64,000 nt of DNA from Promethearchaeota archaeon (GCA_019058365.1 JAHPZE010000017.1:22830-86829), one strand, 5' to 3'; shown: positions 19,902-30,800, counted from the first letter of the stretch. Notes: a model not told the origin generated them from the letters alone. Made by a program: numbers and translations.

Positions 19902-20843
19902 ATGGGAATGCTTGAAGGTAAAACTGCTATTATAACCGGTGCAGGACGCGGTTTAGGGCATGAAGAAGCTTTAGCTATGGCTAGAGAAGGTTGTAATTTA
20001 GTTATTAACGATTTAGGTGCTGCTTTTGATGGGAGTGGTGCTGAAACTAAGGTTGCTGACCAAGTTGCTGAAGAATGTAAAAAATTAGGAGTAAAAGCGG
20101 TAGCAAATTATGATTCCGTAACTGATTTCAACAAAGCGAAAGCTATGATTGATCAAGCCATTTCAGAATTCGGCAAATTAGATATTCTTGTAAATAATGC
20201 GGGTATTTTAAGGGATAGAATGCTCTTCAATATGTCAGAGCAAGAATTTGATGATGTTATCGCTGTGCATTTAAAAGGTACATTTAACATGACTCGCCAT
20301 GCTGCTGCCTACTTTAGAGAAAAAGGGAAAGCCAATGAAGCTTTGGGAAACTTTGGAAGAGTAATTAATACTGCATCTGATGCAGGTTTAACGGGGAATG
20401 TAGGACAGACTAATTATGGAGCCGCAAAAGCAGGTATCGCCGCTTTCACTATGAACGCTGCAGCAGAATTAAAAAAATATGCGACTGTCAATTGTATTGT
20501 TCCATTAGCACGAACTCGTTTAACTACAGATGCTACTCCGCAAATGGTTGAAATAATGAATAAACTCGATGAAACTGGACTTGATGTCTTCAATCCTACT
20601 AATGTAGCACCAATGGTTGTATTTTTAGCATCAGATAATGCTAAAAAGATTAATGGAGAGGTATTTAGAGTAGTAGCTGATCGTGTTATGCTATTCCAAG
20701 GATGGCATACTGTTAACCAAATTAAAAATGATCATAAACCCTTTACACCGCAATTAATTGCCGAAAGGATTAGAGAATTAATGAAAGGCGCACCAAAAAA
20801 AGAAAATTTATACGCTCTTCTTGGCGATTTAGTTAAGATGTAA
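19902..20843 (+). CDS. Short-chain dehydrogenase/reductase (MFE-2-like 3-hydroxyacyl-CoA dehydrogenase type)
   Basis: TGAGRGLG, VINDLG, NNAGILRD, YGAAK. Confidence 0.9.
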   Translation: MGMLEGKTAIITGAGRGLGHEEALAMAREGCNLVINDLGAAFDGSGAETKVADQVAEECKKLGVKAVANYDSVTDFNKAKAMIDQAISEFGKLDILVNNAGILRDRMLFNMSEQEFDDVIAVHLKGTFNMTRHAAAYFREKGKANEALGNFGRVINTASDAGLTGNVGQTNYGAAKAGIAAFTMNAAAELKKYATVNCIVPLARTRLTTDATPQMVEIMNKLDETGLDVFNPTNVAPMVVFLASDNAKKINGEVFRVVADRVMLFQGWHTVNQIKNDHKPFTPQLIAERIRELMKGAPKKENLYALLGDLVKM

Positions 20844-20903
20844 TTTAATTTTAATACTATTTTTTTCTTTATTTTTTTTTAATCATAATATATTGTTAAA
20901 GAG

Positions 20904-21182
20904 TTACTCTAACTTATCCGTAATTTCTTTGAAAATATGATAAATAATTAAAATTATTTTATCAAAAACTTCTTCAGACATATCAGCACTATTAGTCTTT
21001 AACTTATTTAAAAGATAATCTAATTTATTTAGAGCAGCACTGAGATATAAGATATCATCTTTATTATTTGCTCTTTTAACTCGAGTTTTTAAAAATATTA
21101 TCTCACTTATAAGCATATTAACTAATTTTTCTTTTCTTGATTCAACAAACACATTATATGGCAATAAGATTGTTTTGCTCAT
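20904..21182 (-). CDS. Small helical hypothetical protein
   Basis: 92 aa, GAGGTT SD-like element upstream. Confidence 0.6.
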   Translation of the reverse strand: MSKTILLPYNVFVESRKEKLVNMLISEIIFLKTRVKRANNKDDILYLSAALNKLDYLLNKLKTNSADMSEEVFDKIILIIYHIFKEITDKLE

Positions 21183-21350
21183 TTTTTAACCTCAGAACTA
21201 ATTTTATTCTTAGTTATTAAGAGAATAAGACTGAATTAATTTCTTTTAGAGTCCAATTATTGAGTTCTATTATTTCATTCAAAAAAAAAGTGTAATTGAC
21301 ATTACATCATATAAGAATAAAATTATTATTATTATAGTATTTTTAATACT

Positions 21351-21866
21351 TTATTTGTCAATTAAATCTTCAAAGAAAGCATCGTCATAACGTTCTTCTT
21401 TCTTCTCTTTTTTCTCTTCTTCTTTGAATTCTTTATACATAAAACGAGCACCAATTATCATCGCAACAATACATCCAATAACTAATCCATATATAGACCT
21501 TGCCAAGAAAGAATAGAAGAAGAATTCAACTGTAACTGTATTTATGTATAGAATTGCATCTACAAGAGTAGTAGAAAGTGCTGAAATCAATCCACCAATG
21601 ACGACCACGATAATGTTAATTTTTGTAATCGATTGTTCTTCTTTTCGATATTTTGTGGTATAAATTACACCACCTATTGCTCCAATTAAAAATTGATAAT
21701 CAACATAAGTAAAATACCCAAGTAAAAATTCAAGAATGCCATAAATATAATAAATTAAACGGATTATTGTATATGAAAAAAAAGTAAGAGAGACAAAAAC
21801 AACTATCCCAAATTTTACGTTATTTTTTTTCGCATAATCAGAAATGACAGAAATATTATCCACCAA
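21351..21866 (-). CDS. 4-TM membrane protein with charged C-terminal tail
   Basis: Four hydrophobic segments; tail EEEKKEKKEERYDDAFFEDL. Confidence 0.7.
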   Translation of the reverse strand: MVDNISVISDYAKKNNVKFGIVVFVSLTFFSYTIIRLIYYIYGILEFLLGYFTYVDYQFLIGAIGGVIYTTKYRKEEQSITKINIIVVVIGGLISALSTTLVDAILYINTVTVEFFFYSFLARSIYGLVIGCIVAMIIGARFMYKEFKEEEKKEKKEERYDDAFFEDLIDK

Positions 21867-21958
21867 GTTAAGTTTTAAGAAAATAAAATGATCAGATTTT
21901 TTTTAAAGAGTTAAAAATTTAAAAAAACAATAATATAAGAAAGTTGCTATTATTTTAG

Positions 21959-22105
21959 TTATTTGTTCGCACTTGGTATATCTTTCCCTTTTGTAATAGC
22001 TTCTTTTGCAACTTTTTTTGCTAAATAAAGAGGATCAGCCAAGCTTTTTAGCGCATCAAATGCCTCTTTAAATAAATTCTTAGCTTTATCCCCTTCTTTT
22101 CCTAT
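21959..22105 (-). CDS. Putative 48-aa helical small protein with non-canonical (ATA) start
   Basis: (I)GKEGDKAKNLFKEAFDALKSLADPLYLAKKVAKEAITKGKDIPSANK*. GGAGTGG SD-like motif upstream; no in-frame ATG/GTG/TTG at the N-terminus. Confidence 0.4.
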   Translation of the reverse strand: MGKEGDKAKNLFKEAFDALKSLADPLYLAKKVAKEAITKGKDIPSANK

Positions 22106-22190
22106 AAAAATCCACTCCTATACTGATAATATTTTAGATGAATTTAGTCACATTAAATGTTAAAGCCTAAATATCTATGTCTATGTCTTT

Positions 22191-23336
22191 CTAAGGAAAA
22201 CCCAGAGTCACATAAGTTGGTACAAAAAGAGGTGATTTAATTTGAGGGAATTTTAAATTTGCTTTCAATTCTTTAATCATTGTTACATTAGCTTTGATTT
22301 TTAAGAAATTCATATTATTAAGAGCTCTGTTTAAATCTTTATCTTTTAAAGGTGATACATACATTAAAACAGCTAAAGATCGTCGTGTTGAAGCTTTTAA
22401 AATCTTGTCTAATAGATATATATATCCAAGAACGAGATCTTTAGAATTATCATATATACTCTTCTCTAGAAATATTTCATGAATTATTCCTATTCTTATC
22501 TTTATTCCAAATTTAAAAGAATGAATATACTGGTGGGTGATTACTGAGCCCCCTATTATCTTTCCATTTTTTCTAATAACTATATAAGTTGGTTTTTGCT
22601 GTGCTGCTGGAACTTTTACTCTTGCCCATAAAAACTTTGTTTCATTATATTTTGGAAATCCTTCATAATATTTTGGATTGATCTTATTTATCTTATTCAT
22701 ATATTCAAAGTGTTTCTTATTGTAATTAATTTCATATGAAAATTCTTTAAAACCGCGATAAAATTTCAGCCTTATTCTATTTAGAAATCTAGGTATGTAC
22801 GAAAAAGCACAAAAGATCGGAAAAAAAAGAGCAAGAGCATAAACATTCTTAATAAGCTGTATTATGTTTGGAAATTGAATAAAAAGAGCTCCAATATCAA
22901 CATCAAAATATCCTAATTTTTGATAAATTCTTTTTCTTGCAAAACCATTAAATCCTGCAGAAAGTATTGAAAAATCACATTTTTTCTGTTTCATATATTC
23001 AATTGACTTTTCCATTAATTTTGTTGCTATTCCCCTATTTGTGTAATCTGGAAGAGTTGAAACATCATTTATATCACCTATTAAATACATATTCTTACCA
23101 ATAGGTACCATCTCTATTAAATTAACAATTACAGCACCTACAATCTTCTCTTTATTAGTATCTTCAGCAATTTGACACATCTCTGGTTCAAATCCTGGAG
23201 ATTTAACATATCTCCAGTTCCAATTATTAGGAGTTCTTACAAACCCACTGCCATTTTGTTGGAATGCTAAGTTAAATAAAGTGGCTAATTGTTTTTCATC
23301 ACCTTCTCGATAATGTCGAAATATTATATCATTCAT
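22191..23336 (-). CDS. GNAT family N-acetyltransferase
   Basis: DVSTLPDYTNRGIATKLM acetyl-CoA motif; IYQKLGY. Confidence 0.85.
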   Translation of the reverse strand: MNDIIFRHYREGDEKQLATLFNLAFQQNGSGFVRTPNNWNWRYVKSPGFEPEMCQIAEDTNKEKIVGAVIVNLIEMVPIGKNMYLIGDINDVSTLPDYTNRGIATKLMEKSIEYMKQKKCDFSILSAGFNGFARKRIYQKLGYFDVDIGALFIQFPNIIQLIKNVYALALFFPIFCAFSYIPRFLNRIRLKFYRGFKEFSYEINYNKKHFEYMNKINKINPKYYEGFPKYNETKFLWARVKVPAAQQKPTYIVIRKNGKIIGGSVITHQYIHSFKFGIKIRIGIIHEIFLEKSIYDNSKDLVLGYIYLLDKILKASTRRSLAVLMYVSPLKDKDLNRALNNMNFLKIKANVTMIKELKANLKFPQIKSPLFVPTYVTLGFP

Positions 23337-23486
23337 TAGATTTTGCGGTTATTTTTTTATTTTTATGATAATGAATTAGGAAAAATTAGCTTTTTTAAGC
23401 AAGATTCCTATACTTAAATATAATTAAAACTTACATAATAATTAAAGAATTAATATTCTCAATAACACAAATGTGAATTGAGTTAA

Positions 23487-23840
23487 ATGAGTGAAAGAAT
23501 AACTGAAATTCTCGATAGTTTAAAGGCAATAAAAGGGGTTCACGGTGCAGCACTAATTGAGAAATTTGGATTAATAAAAGGAAGTGCTTTACCTGGTTGG
23601 GTTGATCCAGAAGCTGTTGCGGCAATGGTTACATTAATTTTGAAAGCTAGCCAGAGAGCAACTAAAGAACTGGAACAAGGCCAATTTTTCAGTGCCATTA
23701 TAGAATCTGAAAAAGGTAAAATCCTTTTTAGCGAAATTAAAGGAAATATTTTATCTATCATTACAACGCGTGAAGCAAAATTAGGTATAATAAACTTAAA
23801 ATTGGATGCCGCTAGCAGCGCGCTAGCATCGTTAATTTAA
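23487..23840 (+). CDS. Roadblock/LC7 (MglB-like) domain protein
   Basis: GVHGAALIEKFGLI..AVAAM..ELEQGQF..IIESEKGKI..AKLGII pattern, 117 aa. Confidence 0.9.
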   Translation: MSERITEILDSLKAIKGVHGAALIEKFGLIKGSALPGWVDPEAVAAMVTLILKASQRATKELEQGQFFSAIIESEKGKILFSEIKGNILSIITTREAKLGIINLKLDAASSALASLI

Positions 23841-23979
23841 TTTTTTTATTCTTCTTTTTGACAAATTCGACCCTATAAGAATTATTAATATCTTTAAAAT
23901 TCTTATTTAAGATTTAAATGATTAATTGAAAACTTAATTAAATAAAATTATTTTATAAAAAAATATTGAGGTGATTTAA

Positions 23980-24882
23980 ATGACTATTATTAATTCTGAA
24001 GGTAAATATGATGATAAATATTATCTCATTGATGCAATGACAATGGGATTGCCCAAATTCTGTGCAATTTATATTATTGAAAATAATGGGATGCGAGTAA
24101 TGATTGATGTGGGAGAAACATTAAAGGCTCGTAAAATTATTAAAAAAGTTAAAGATTTCGGTCTTTATCCTATTGATAAAATCATATTAACTCATTCTCA
24201 TTGGGATCATGCCCAAGGTATAGCTAAAATGATTAGTTCTATGAAAGATTGTAAAATTGAAGTCTTAGCTTCTGAAAATGCAATAGATAATCTAAAACAT
24301 CCTGAAAAAATGATGAAAGGATTTGAAAATTTCGGAGATGTATACCCATTTGAACAAGTGACACCTTTAAAAGAGGGTGATATCATTAATATAAATGGAT
24401 TGGAATTAGAAGTAATGAACTTTTTTGGACATACAATGGATTCTATCGCTTTATTTGATAAAACAAATAGGAATATATTTGTTGGCGATGCAATAATTAA
24501 CAGATTAGACGAGAATGCTTTTTTTGTCCCTCTCATGCCTCCTGAATTTAATGAAAAAGAACTTTTAAATACATTCAACAAATTAAGAGCTATGAAAGAT
24601 GAGTTGAATTCAATATCTATAAGTCATTTTGGTGTATGGAAAGGCGATCATTTTACACAAATAATTAATGAAATGGAGGATCTATATTTTAAAGCCAAAA
24701 ACTTGCTTATTAAATCATATAATGAGAATCCTTCAATTGAATATATAACAAGTAAATACTGCCAAACATTATTACCTAAATCAACATCACAAACTGAGCA
24801 ATTATTTGTCATTCTTATTGGAATGATGGTTAATGGTTTAAAGTATTGTGGATTTATAGACACAACATCTATTTCACATTAA
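23980..24882 (+). CDS. MBL-fold metallo-hydrolase
   Basis: THSHWDH, GHT, VGDA, SHFG. Confidence 0.9.
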   Translation: MTIINSEGKYDDKYYLIDAMTMGLPKFCAIYIIENNGMRVMIDVGETLKARKIIKKVKDFGLYPIDKIILTHSHWDHAQGIAKMISSMKDCKIEVLASENAIDNLKHPEKMMKGFENFGDVYPFEQVTPLKEGDIININGLELEVMNFFGHTMDSIALFDKTNRNIFVGDAIINRLDENAFFVPLMPPEFNEKELLNTFNKLRAMKDELNSISISHFGVWKGDHFTQIINEMEDLYFKAKNLLIKSYNENPSIEYITSKYCQTLLPKSTSQTEQLFVILIGMMVNGLKYCGFIDTTSISH

Positions 24883-24905
24883 TTAAAATATAATTTTATT
24901 TTTAA

Positions 24906-26375
24906 TTAATTTATTATCCCTTTTTCTTTTAGAATATCAATAATTATATTTCGAGTTATATGTGGGTCAGCTTGTCCCTTTGTTTTGGTCATGACTCTTC
25001 CTATTAAAGCTTCTATTGCTTTGGGATTTTCACAACAGTCTTTAATAATCTTGGGATTTTCTTCAATTACTTCAAAGCTTAAATTCTTAAGGAGTATATC
25101 ATCAGAAACTCTTTTTTTACCTTTTTTTTCAAGTATTTCAGAGATAGAGAAACCCCCCATCATATCATTAATAAGTGTTTTAGCAATCTTTGTTGTTATA
25201 TTTCCTTCATTTACATATCTGATTAAATCGACTATTTGGTGAGGGTGAAGTTTTGTATCTTTTATTATTTTATTTTTTTCATTTAACCATCTATATATAT
25301 CATTCATCAACCAATTGCAGTACTGTTTGTATTCATTTGGTCCAAATGAAGCGTCTGAATTTACTCCGTCCTCATAAAAATCAGCAATATCTTTATCTAA
25401 AACTAAATTATCTGAATCAAATTCTGATAAATTATAATCCCTCTGAAATCTTCTCGATCTCTCATTTGGCATTTCTGGTAATTTATCTTTAACTTTTTGA
25501 ATAAAAATATCATTAATTTCTATTGGAACTAAATCTTGCTCTGGAAAATAGCGATAATCTGCCTCAAATTCTTTTGTTCGCAATGAAATTGTGATTCTTC
25601 TTTTATCATCCCAATGCCTTGTTTCTTGTATTAAGGTTTTTCCTCTTTTTAGCAAATTTTTCTGTCTGATATTTTCATGCCTTAACGCTCGTTCTACTTC
25701 CCTGAAACTATTGATATTTTTAACTTCACTACGTTCATGTCCTCTTATTGAGATATTAGCATCTACTCTCACTGATCCTTCAAGATCGAGATTTGAAATT
25801 CCAGAATACTGAATAATTGATTTAATTTGTTTTAAAAATTCACGAGCTTCTTCTGGTGAGGCTAATACAGGTTCTGTTACTATCTCTATTAAACAAACTC
25901 CTGATCTATTATAATCTACTAAAGTATAAGGTGATGTTGCTATACTTCCTTTATGAACAAGCCTTGCTGGATCTTCTTCTAAGTGAATTCGATTTAGTAT
26001 TATATCTTTTTTTTGTGAATTTAATTTAATGGTAATTTGTCCTCCATCTGCAAAAGCCTTCCCTCCCGCTTTATTATACTGACTTATTTGAAAACCTTTT
26101 GCTAAGTCTACATAAAAATATTGTTTTCTGAAGAACCAAAACTGGTGATTTATTTTACAATTTAATGCGATTGCTAATCTGGTTGCGAATTCTATAGCTT
26201 TCTTATTTACTACTGGAAGTGAACCTGGTAAGCCTATACAAATAGGGCATACATGCGAATTTGCTTCTGTACCACGATAGTCATTGCTACAGCTACAAAA
26301 AAGTTTTGTTTTAAGATTCGTCAATTGAATATGGACTTCAAGTCCAATAATCACTTCATTATTTTGATTATCCAA
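24906..26375 (-). CDS. gatB: Asp-tRNA(Asn)/Glu-tRNA(Gln) amidotransferase subunit B
   Basis: IGLEVHIQL..TKLFC, GLPGSLP, HLEEDP, DYNRSG, EVKNINS, DYRYFPEQDL. Confidence 0.97.
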   Translation of the reverse strand: MDNQNNEVIIGLEVHIQLTNLKTKLFCSCSNDYRGTEANSHVCPICIGLPGSLPVVNKKAIEFATRLAIALNCKINHQFWFFRKQYFYVDLAKGFQISQYNKAGGKAFADGGQITIKLNSQKKDIILNRIHLEEDPARLVHKGSIATSPYTLVDYNRSGVCLIEIVTEPVLASPEEAREFLKQIKSIIQYSGISNLDLEGSVRVDANISIRGHERSEVKNINSFREVERALRHENIRQKNLLKRGKTLIQETRHWDDKRRITISLRTKEFEADYRYFPEQDLVPIEINDIFIQKVKDKLPEMPNERSRRFQRDYNLSEFDSDNLVLDKDIADFYEDGVNSDASFGPNEYKQYCNWLMNDIYRWLNEKNKIIKDTKLHPHQIVDLIRYVNEGNITTKIAKTLINDMMGGFSISEILEKKGKKRVSDDILLKNLSFEVIEENPKIIKDCCENPKAIEALIGRVMTKTKGQADPHITRNIIIDILKEKGIIN

Positions 26376-26379
26376 ATCA

Positions 26380-27858
26380 TTAACCTCCTTTTGTAACTGG
26401 AGCTATTTTTCGATAAATGTTTAGTTCTTGTTCTAATTGATATCCAATATTAAGAATTCCTTTTTCATCAAAATAATTTCCTATAATTTGAAAACCTATG
26501 GGTAAATTATGACTATCAAAACCACATGGAATAGATAATGCGGGGATACCAGCTAGGTTAACGGGACAGGTTAAAATGTCTGCTATATACATCTGTAAAG
26601 GATCATCAATAAATTCTCCCACTTTAAAAGCTGTGGAAGGCATTGTAGGACAAACAATCACATCACATTTTTTAAATGCCTTAACAAAATCATTTTTTAT
26701 TAAAGATCTTACTTTAAGAGCCTTTATGTAGAACATATCATAATAGCCCGCGGATAAAGCATAAGTTCCTAAAAAAATTCTCCTTCTTACTTCTTGTCCA
26801 AATTTCTCACCTCTAGTTCTACTGAAAACATCATACACATCACCAGAAAGATTATCGCTCATATTACCATATCTTAAACCATCATATCTCGCTAAATTTG
26901 AGCTTGCCTCACTCATGCATAATAAATAATAAGTTGCAACTGCATAATCAAGATGCGGTATTGATATATCAACCAGTTTAGCTCCTAAACTCTTTAATTT
27001 ATCAATTGATTTCCTTACAGCACCCTCTACTTCATGGTTTACTCCTTCTCCAAAAAATTCTTTTGGTACCCCTAAAATCTTCTTATCGATTGGCTTCTTT
27101 AAATTTTCGGTATAATCATCTATTTTAATATCAACTGAAGTGGAGTCTAGTGGATCTTTACCCGATATAATTTTAAGCATCAATGCTGAATCATAAACAC
27201 ACTTAGTAATAGGGCCGATCTGATCTAACGAATTTGCAAATGCAATCAACCCATACCTAGATACTCTTCCATATGTAGGTTTTAAACCGACAGTTCCACA
27301 AAATGCAGCTGGACATCGAATACTCCCCCCTGTATCGCTTCCTAAAGCTAATATTGCTTGCCCTGATGCGATACTTGCTCCAGAACCTCCACTTGAACCC
27401 CCAGGGATTCGTGAAATATCCCATGGATTATATGTAGGACCATAACAACTATTTTCTGTAGAACTACCCATCGCAAATTCATCCATATTAGTATTACCTA
27501 TATGGATTGCTCCTTCTTGCTCAACTAACCGTTCAATCACAAATGCACTATAAGGGGGATAATAATCTTTTAATATTTTCGAACTGCAAGTAGTTGGAAA
27601 ATTTTTAATGGAAATAAGATCTTTATTTGCTAATGGTAAACCATAGAGTTTGCCAATTTTCTTACCTTTTTTTAAATTATTATCTAGTAGTTCTGCTCTC
27701 TTTAATGCCTTGTCTTTAGATAAGTTAACGAATGAATGTAACCTTTGCTCGGTTTCTTCTATTCTTTGAAAAGAAGCTCCTAATAATTCTTGAATTGAAA
27801 GCTCCTTATTCTTAATTTTTTCTAATAATTCATATGCCATATATTCATAAAATTTCAT
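26380..27858 (-). CDS. gatA: Asp-tRNA(Asn)/Glu-tRNA(Gln) amidotransferase subunit A
   Basis: Amidase signature NMDEFAMGSS, PGGSSGGS, GSDTGGSIR; SSNLARYDG. Confidence 0.97.
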   Translation of the reverse strand: MKFYEYMAYELLEKIKNKELSIQELLGASFQRIEETEQRLHSFVNLSKDKALKRAELLDNNLKKGKKIGKLYGLPLANKDLISIKNFPTTCSSKILKDYYPPYSAFVIERLVEQEGAIHIGNTNMDEFAMGSSTENSCYGPTYNPWDISRIPGGSSGGSGASIASGQAILALGSDTGGSIRCPAAFCGTVGLKPTYGRVSRYGLIAFANSLDQIGPITKCVYDSALMLKIISGKDPLDSTSVDIKIDDYTENLKKPIDKKILGVPKEFFGEGVNHEVEGAVRKSIDKLKSLGAKLVDISIPHLDYAVATYYLLCMSEASSNLARYDGLRYGNMSDNLSGDVYDVFSRTRGEKFGQEVRRRIFLGTYALSAGYYDMFYIKALKVRSLIKNDFVKAFKKCDVIVCPTMPSTAFKVGEFIDDPLQMYIADILTCPVNLAGIPALSIPCGFDSHNLPIGFQIIGNYFDEKGILNIGYQLEQELNIYRKIAPVTKGG

Positions 27859-27961
27859 TGGACCCGAGCTAAAATTATTAAAACGTATTATGATAAATAA
27901 AAAATAGTTAATAATTAATATTTAAGTATAACATCTATTTTTTTATATTAAGGTGCCTTTC

Positions 27962-29263
27962 TTACGGAGATTTGCGGAGCATAGTTCGTGCGAATGGGAT
28001 TGCATCTTTAATATTATCTATCCCACAAAGCCACATAACGACTCTTTCAACGCCCACACCATATCCAGAATGAGGTACACTTCCATAACGTCTTAATTCA
28101 AAATACCAATCATAATTCTTTGGATCTTCACCATCAGCTTCTAATCTTTTCATCATATCATCAACTAATAGGCTTCTTTCTGAACCTCCAATGATCTCGC
28201 AATATCCTTCTGGAGCTAACATGTCAAAACATAATGCTTCCTTAGGATTTTCTTCACTTGGAGGTTTATAAAAGCCCATGATTTCTGTGGGATAATGTGT
28301 GACAACCACAGGTACTTTAAAATGATCTGCTATTTTTGCTTCTTCAATAGTCCTTAAATCCTTACCCCAAGGAACATTCATCTTATATTTTGTATTAAGG
28401 ATATCTAAAGCTTCGGAATATTTTATAGTAGGATATTCAGCTTCTGCATAGTGCTCTAACAATTTAATATCTCTCTCTAAAATATCTAGTTCTTTTTTAT
28501 TATGCTTCAATACTTGTTTCACAATAAACCTGATTTCATCCTTAGCTACTTCAGTAACTTCATCAAGTTGCATCCAAGCTGCTTCCATTTCAGCCATCCA
28601 AAACTCTGTCAAATGTCTCGAAGTTTTTGATTTTTCTGCTCTGAAAGTTGGTCCCATATTATAAATTTTCCCTAATGAAAAAATACCCGCCTCAGCATAT
28701 AATTGCCATGTTTGACTGAGATATATTATATCATTAAAATATTTAACTTCAAATAAAGTAGCTCCACCTTCAGATTGGCTAGGTTGGAAAATAGGAGCAT
28801 CAAATTCATAATAACCATGGCTTCTAAAAAATTCATGTATAGCTCCAACGACTGTATGTCGGATTTTTAAAATTGCATTTAATTTCCTTGATCTTATCCA
28901 TAGATGTCTATTGTCATATAAAAGTTCAGGCGACTGATGTTCTGTAATTGGAAACGGTTCAGCAATTTGAACGATTTGTAAATCTGATACAGAAACTTCA
29001 TAACCTGTAGGAGCTCTATCATCCCTTTTTAACTCACCTGAAACTTTAACCGAAGATTCAATAGTTAAATTTTCAGCTTTTTCAAAGATCTCTGGATTTT
29101 TAGCCTTAGAAATAACACACTGAATAATATCTGATTCATCTCTTAACACAATGAATATAAATTTATTCGACTTTCTTTCTCTATAAACCCAACCTCTTAA
29201 ATTAACTATACCAGAAGTTTTTTTAAGAATTTCCCCAATTGGTGCATATTTTGATTCCTTCAT
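27962..29263 (-). CDS. asnS: Asparagine--tRNA ligase
   Basis: OB-fold N-terminus, RHLWIR, FRAEKSKTSRHLTEFWM, EIIGGSER (AsnRS type rather than AspRS SGxQR), PHSGYGVGVER. Confidence 0.9.
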   Translation of the reverse strand: MKESKYAPIGEILKKTSGIVNLRGWVYRERKSNKFIFIVLRDESDIIQCVISKAKNPEIFEKAENLTIESSVKVSGELKRDDRAPTGYEVSVSDLQIVQIAEPFPITEHQSPELLYDNRHLWIRSRKLNAILKIRHTVVGAIHEFFRSHGYYEFDAPIFQPSQSEGGATLFEVKYFNDIIYLSQTWQLYAEAGIFSLGKIYNMGPTFRAEKSKTSRHLTEFWMAEMEAAWMQLDEVTEVAKDEIRFIVKQVLKHNKKELDILERDIKLLEHYAEAEYPTIKYSEALDILNTKYKMNVPWGKDLRTIEEAKIADHFKVPVVVTHYPTEIMGFYKPPSEENPKEALCFDMLAPEGYCEIIGGSERSLLVDDMMKRLEADGEDPKNYDWYFELRRYGSVPHSGYGVGVERVVMWLCGIDNIKDAIPFARTMLRKSP

Positions 29264-29391
29264 TATTATACAAACTAGTAACTATATAACTTTGCATTAT
29301 ATTTTTAAAGATTATATCTATTTAAAAATGAGATTTCTAAAAAATTTGACTGAATTATTAAATACTTTGATATTAAATAAACGCCTAAATG

Positions 29392-30177
29392 CTAATCTTC
29401 TTCTTGTTTTTTGAGAAGATATTTAGAGAAGATATTCATATAAAGACACTCTTCAGGAGCCATTTCTGGAGTTAATTGAGGGCTTTCAGTAAACTCAACT
29501 TTGCTATTCCTTATTATTACTATTGGAGTCTGCTGATCAGCCTCACTTAATAGAAATTGAGCGGCACTCGATAAATCATCTGCTATTGCTCTCATTGTTA
29601 TTTCCATCGGTCTTTTAAAAAGATCTGGTTGACCTCGTAGATCTTCAACTGGTTCAAATCCTGCGGTGGCTATTGCTATACCAATTGTTCCTTTTCTAAG
29701 AGGCTGAACTCGTGAATCTGCAATAATTACACCAAAATTATTGATTTTAAACTCCTTCCTTAATTCTTTCCAAAAATTCCATACAACCATTTTTAGGTTT
29801 TTTGGTAAGAGAACAACATTACCAATACCCGCATTAGATTGATCAATACCAGCATTAGCTATAAGAAAATCATTAACTTTTGCTAAGATCACATGTCTCA
29901 TTCCTCCCAAAATCATCGATGCTTCTTGTAATATTAGCTTTACATATCTTTCATCCATGTCATATTCGTTTGCTAACTTTTTAGCCTGTTCTGAGACCTT
30001 CTCGATTTCCGATAACTTTACAACTCTTCCTTGAGACGTAGCAACTACTTTTTCCGCAATTACAATGATATCTCCTTCAATTAAGGATTGTTCTTGTTCT
30101 TTAATAGTCTGAATAATAATTTGTAATAAAGGATCATTTTTCTTGATAAGAGGAAGCTTAATTGAAAATAGTTCCAT
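29392..30177 (-). CDS. cofE: Coenzyme F420-0:L-glutamate ligase family
   Basis: GDIIVIAEKVVATSQG, ANAGIDQSN, VIIADS..PLRKG, DLRGQPDLF, EADQQTPIVIIR. Confidence 0.88.
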   Translation of the reverse strand: MELFSIKLPLIKKNDPLLQIIIQTIKEQEQSLIEGDIIVIAEKVVATSQGRVVKLSEIEKVSEQAKKLANEYDMDERYVKLILQEASMILGGMRHVILAKVNDFLIANAGIDQSNAGIGNVVLLPKNLKMVVWNFWKELRKEFKINNFGVIIADSRVQPLRKGTIGIAIATAGFEPVEDLRGQPDLFKRPMEITMRAIADDLSSAAQFLLSEADQQTPIVIIRNSKVEFTESPQLTPEMAPEECLYMNIFSKYLLKKQEED

Positions 30178-30287
30178 TACACATTATAAAATAATCCTTA
30201 TTTTATATCTCTTATCGTCCTTACAATCTTAAAGCTATATAGTTAAGAAATAAGATCTTTTTCTAAAATTATTATAAGTTTATTGAA

Positions 30288-30800
30288 TCATTCAAATGAT
30301 ATTTCAAAAATGCATGTTTTATCCGCATCTGGTCTGTTCTTAATAGATTGAACTTTTATATTAGGATTAATCTTTTTAAAATAATGAGTGTGAATTTTAG
30401 TACAACCGTGGATACAAGAAACTTTTGCAAGTTTTCCATTTTTAGATATATAATCATCTAAATCTAATTGAATCATAGAATTCCAATTTGGACAATTTTT
30501 ATACTCCCATCTTAATGATTCTGGAGTTTGATTAATATTTTTAGGAATATATCCATTAATTTTACTCACTTGAGTTAACACTTGTCTTGCTTTTTCAATA
30601 TCACTCCCCTTTGGTTCAATCAATTGATATAGTAAATCCACAGCAGGAGGCATTAATTCATCCCACATTTCCATTTCTACTTCAATAATACCTTTTGGCC
30701 CCAATTTTTTATATGCGTACCAGGACCATCCATTAGAAATATTATAAAGCATTTGCAATCTCACAATATCGATCATTTTTTTTGTTAGTTCTTTTACCAT
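30288..30800 (-). CDS. V4R-like / DUF6125-like small ligand-binding protein
   Basis: CP, C..GC, F..INP and PDADKTCIFEI pattern. Confidence 0.55.
   Translation of the reverse strand: MVKELTKKMIDIVRLQMLYNISNGWSWYAYKKLGPKGIIEVEMEMWDELMPPAVDLLYQLIEPKGSDIEKARQVLTQVSKINGYIPKNINQTPESLRWEYKNCPNWNSMIQLDLDDYISKNGKLAKVSCIHGCTKIHTHYFKKINPNIKVQSIKNRPDADKTCIFEISFE

Noticed and set aside
21291-21306. Palindrome TGTAAT-N4-ATTACA
   Set aside because: Only 6-bp AT-rich arms and a single occurrence; expected by chance.
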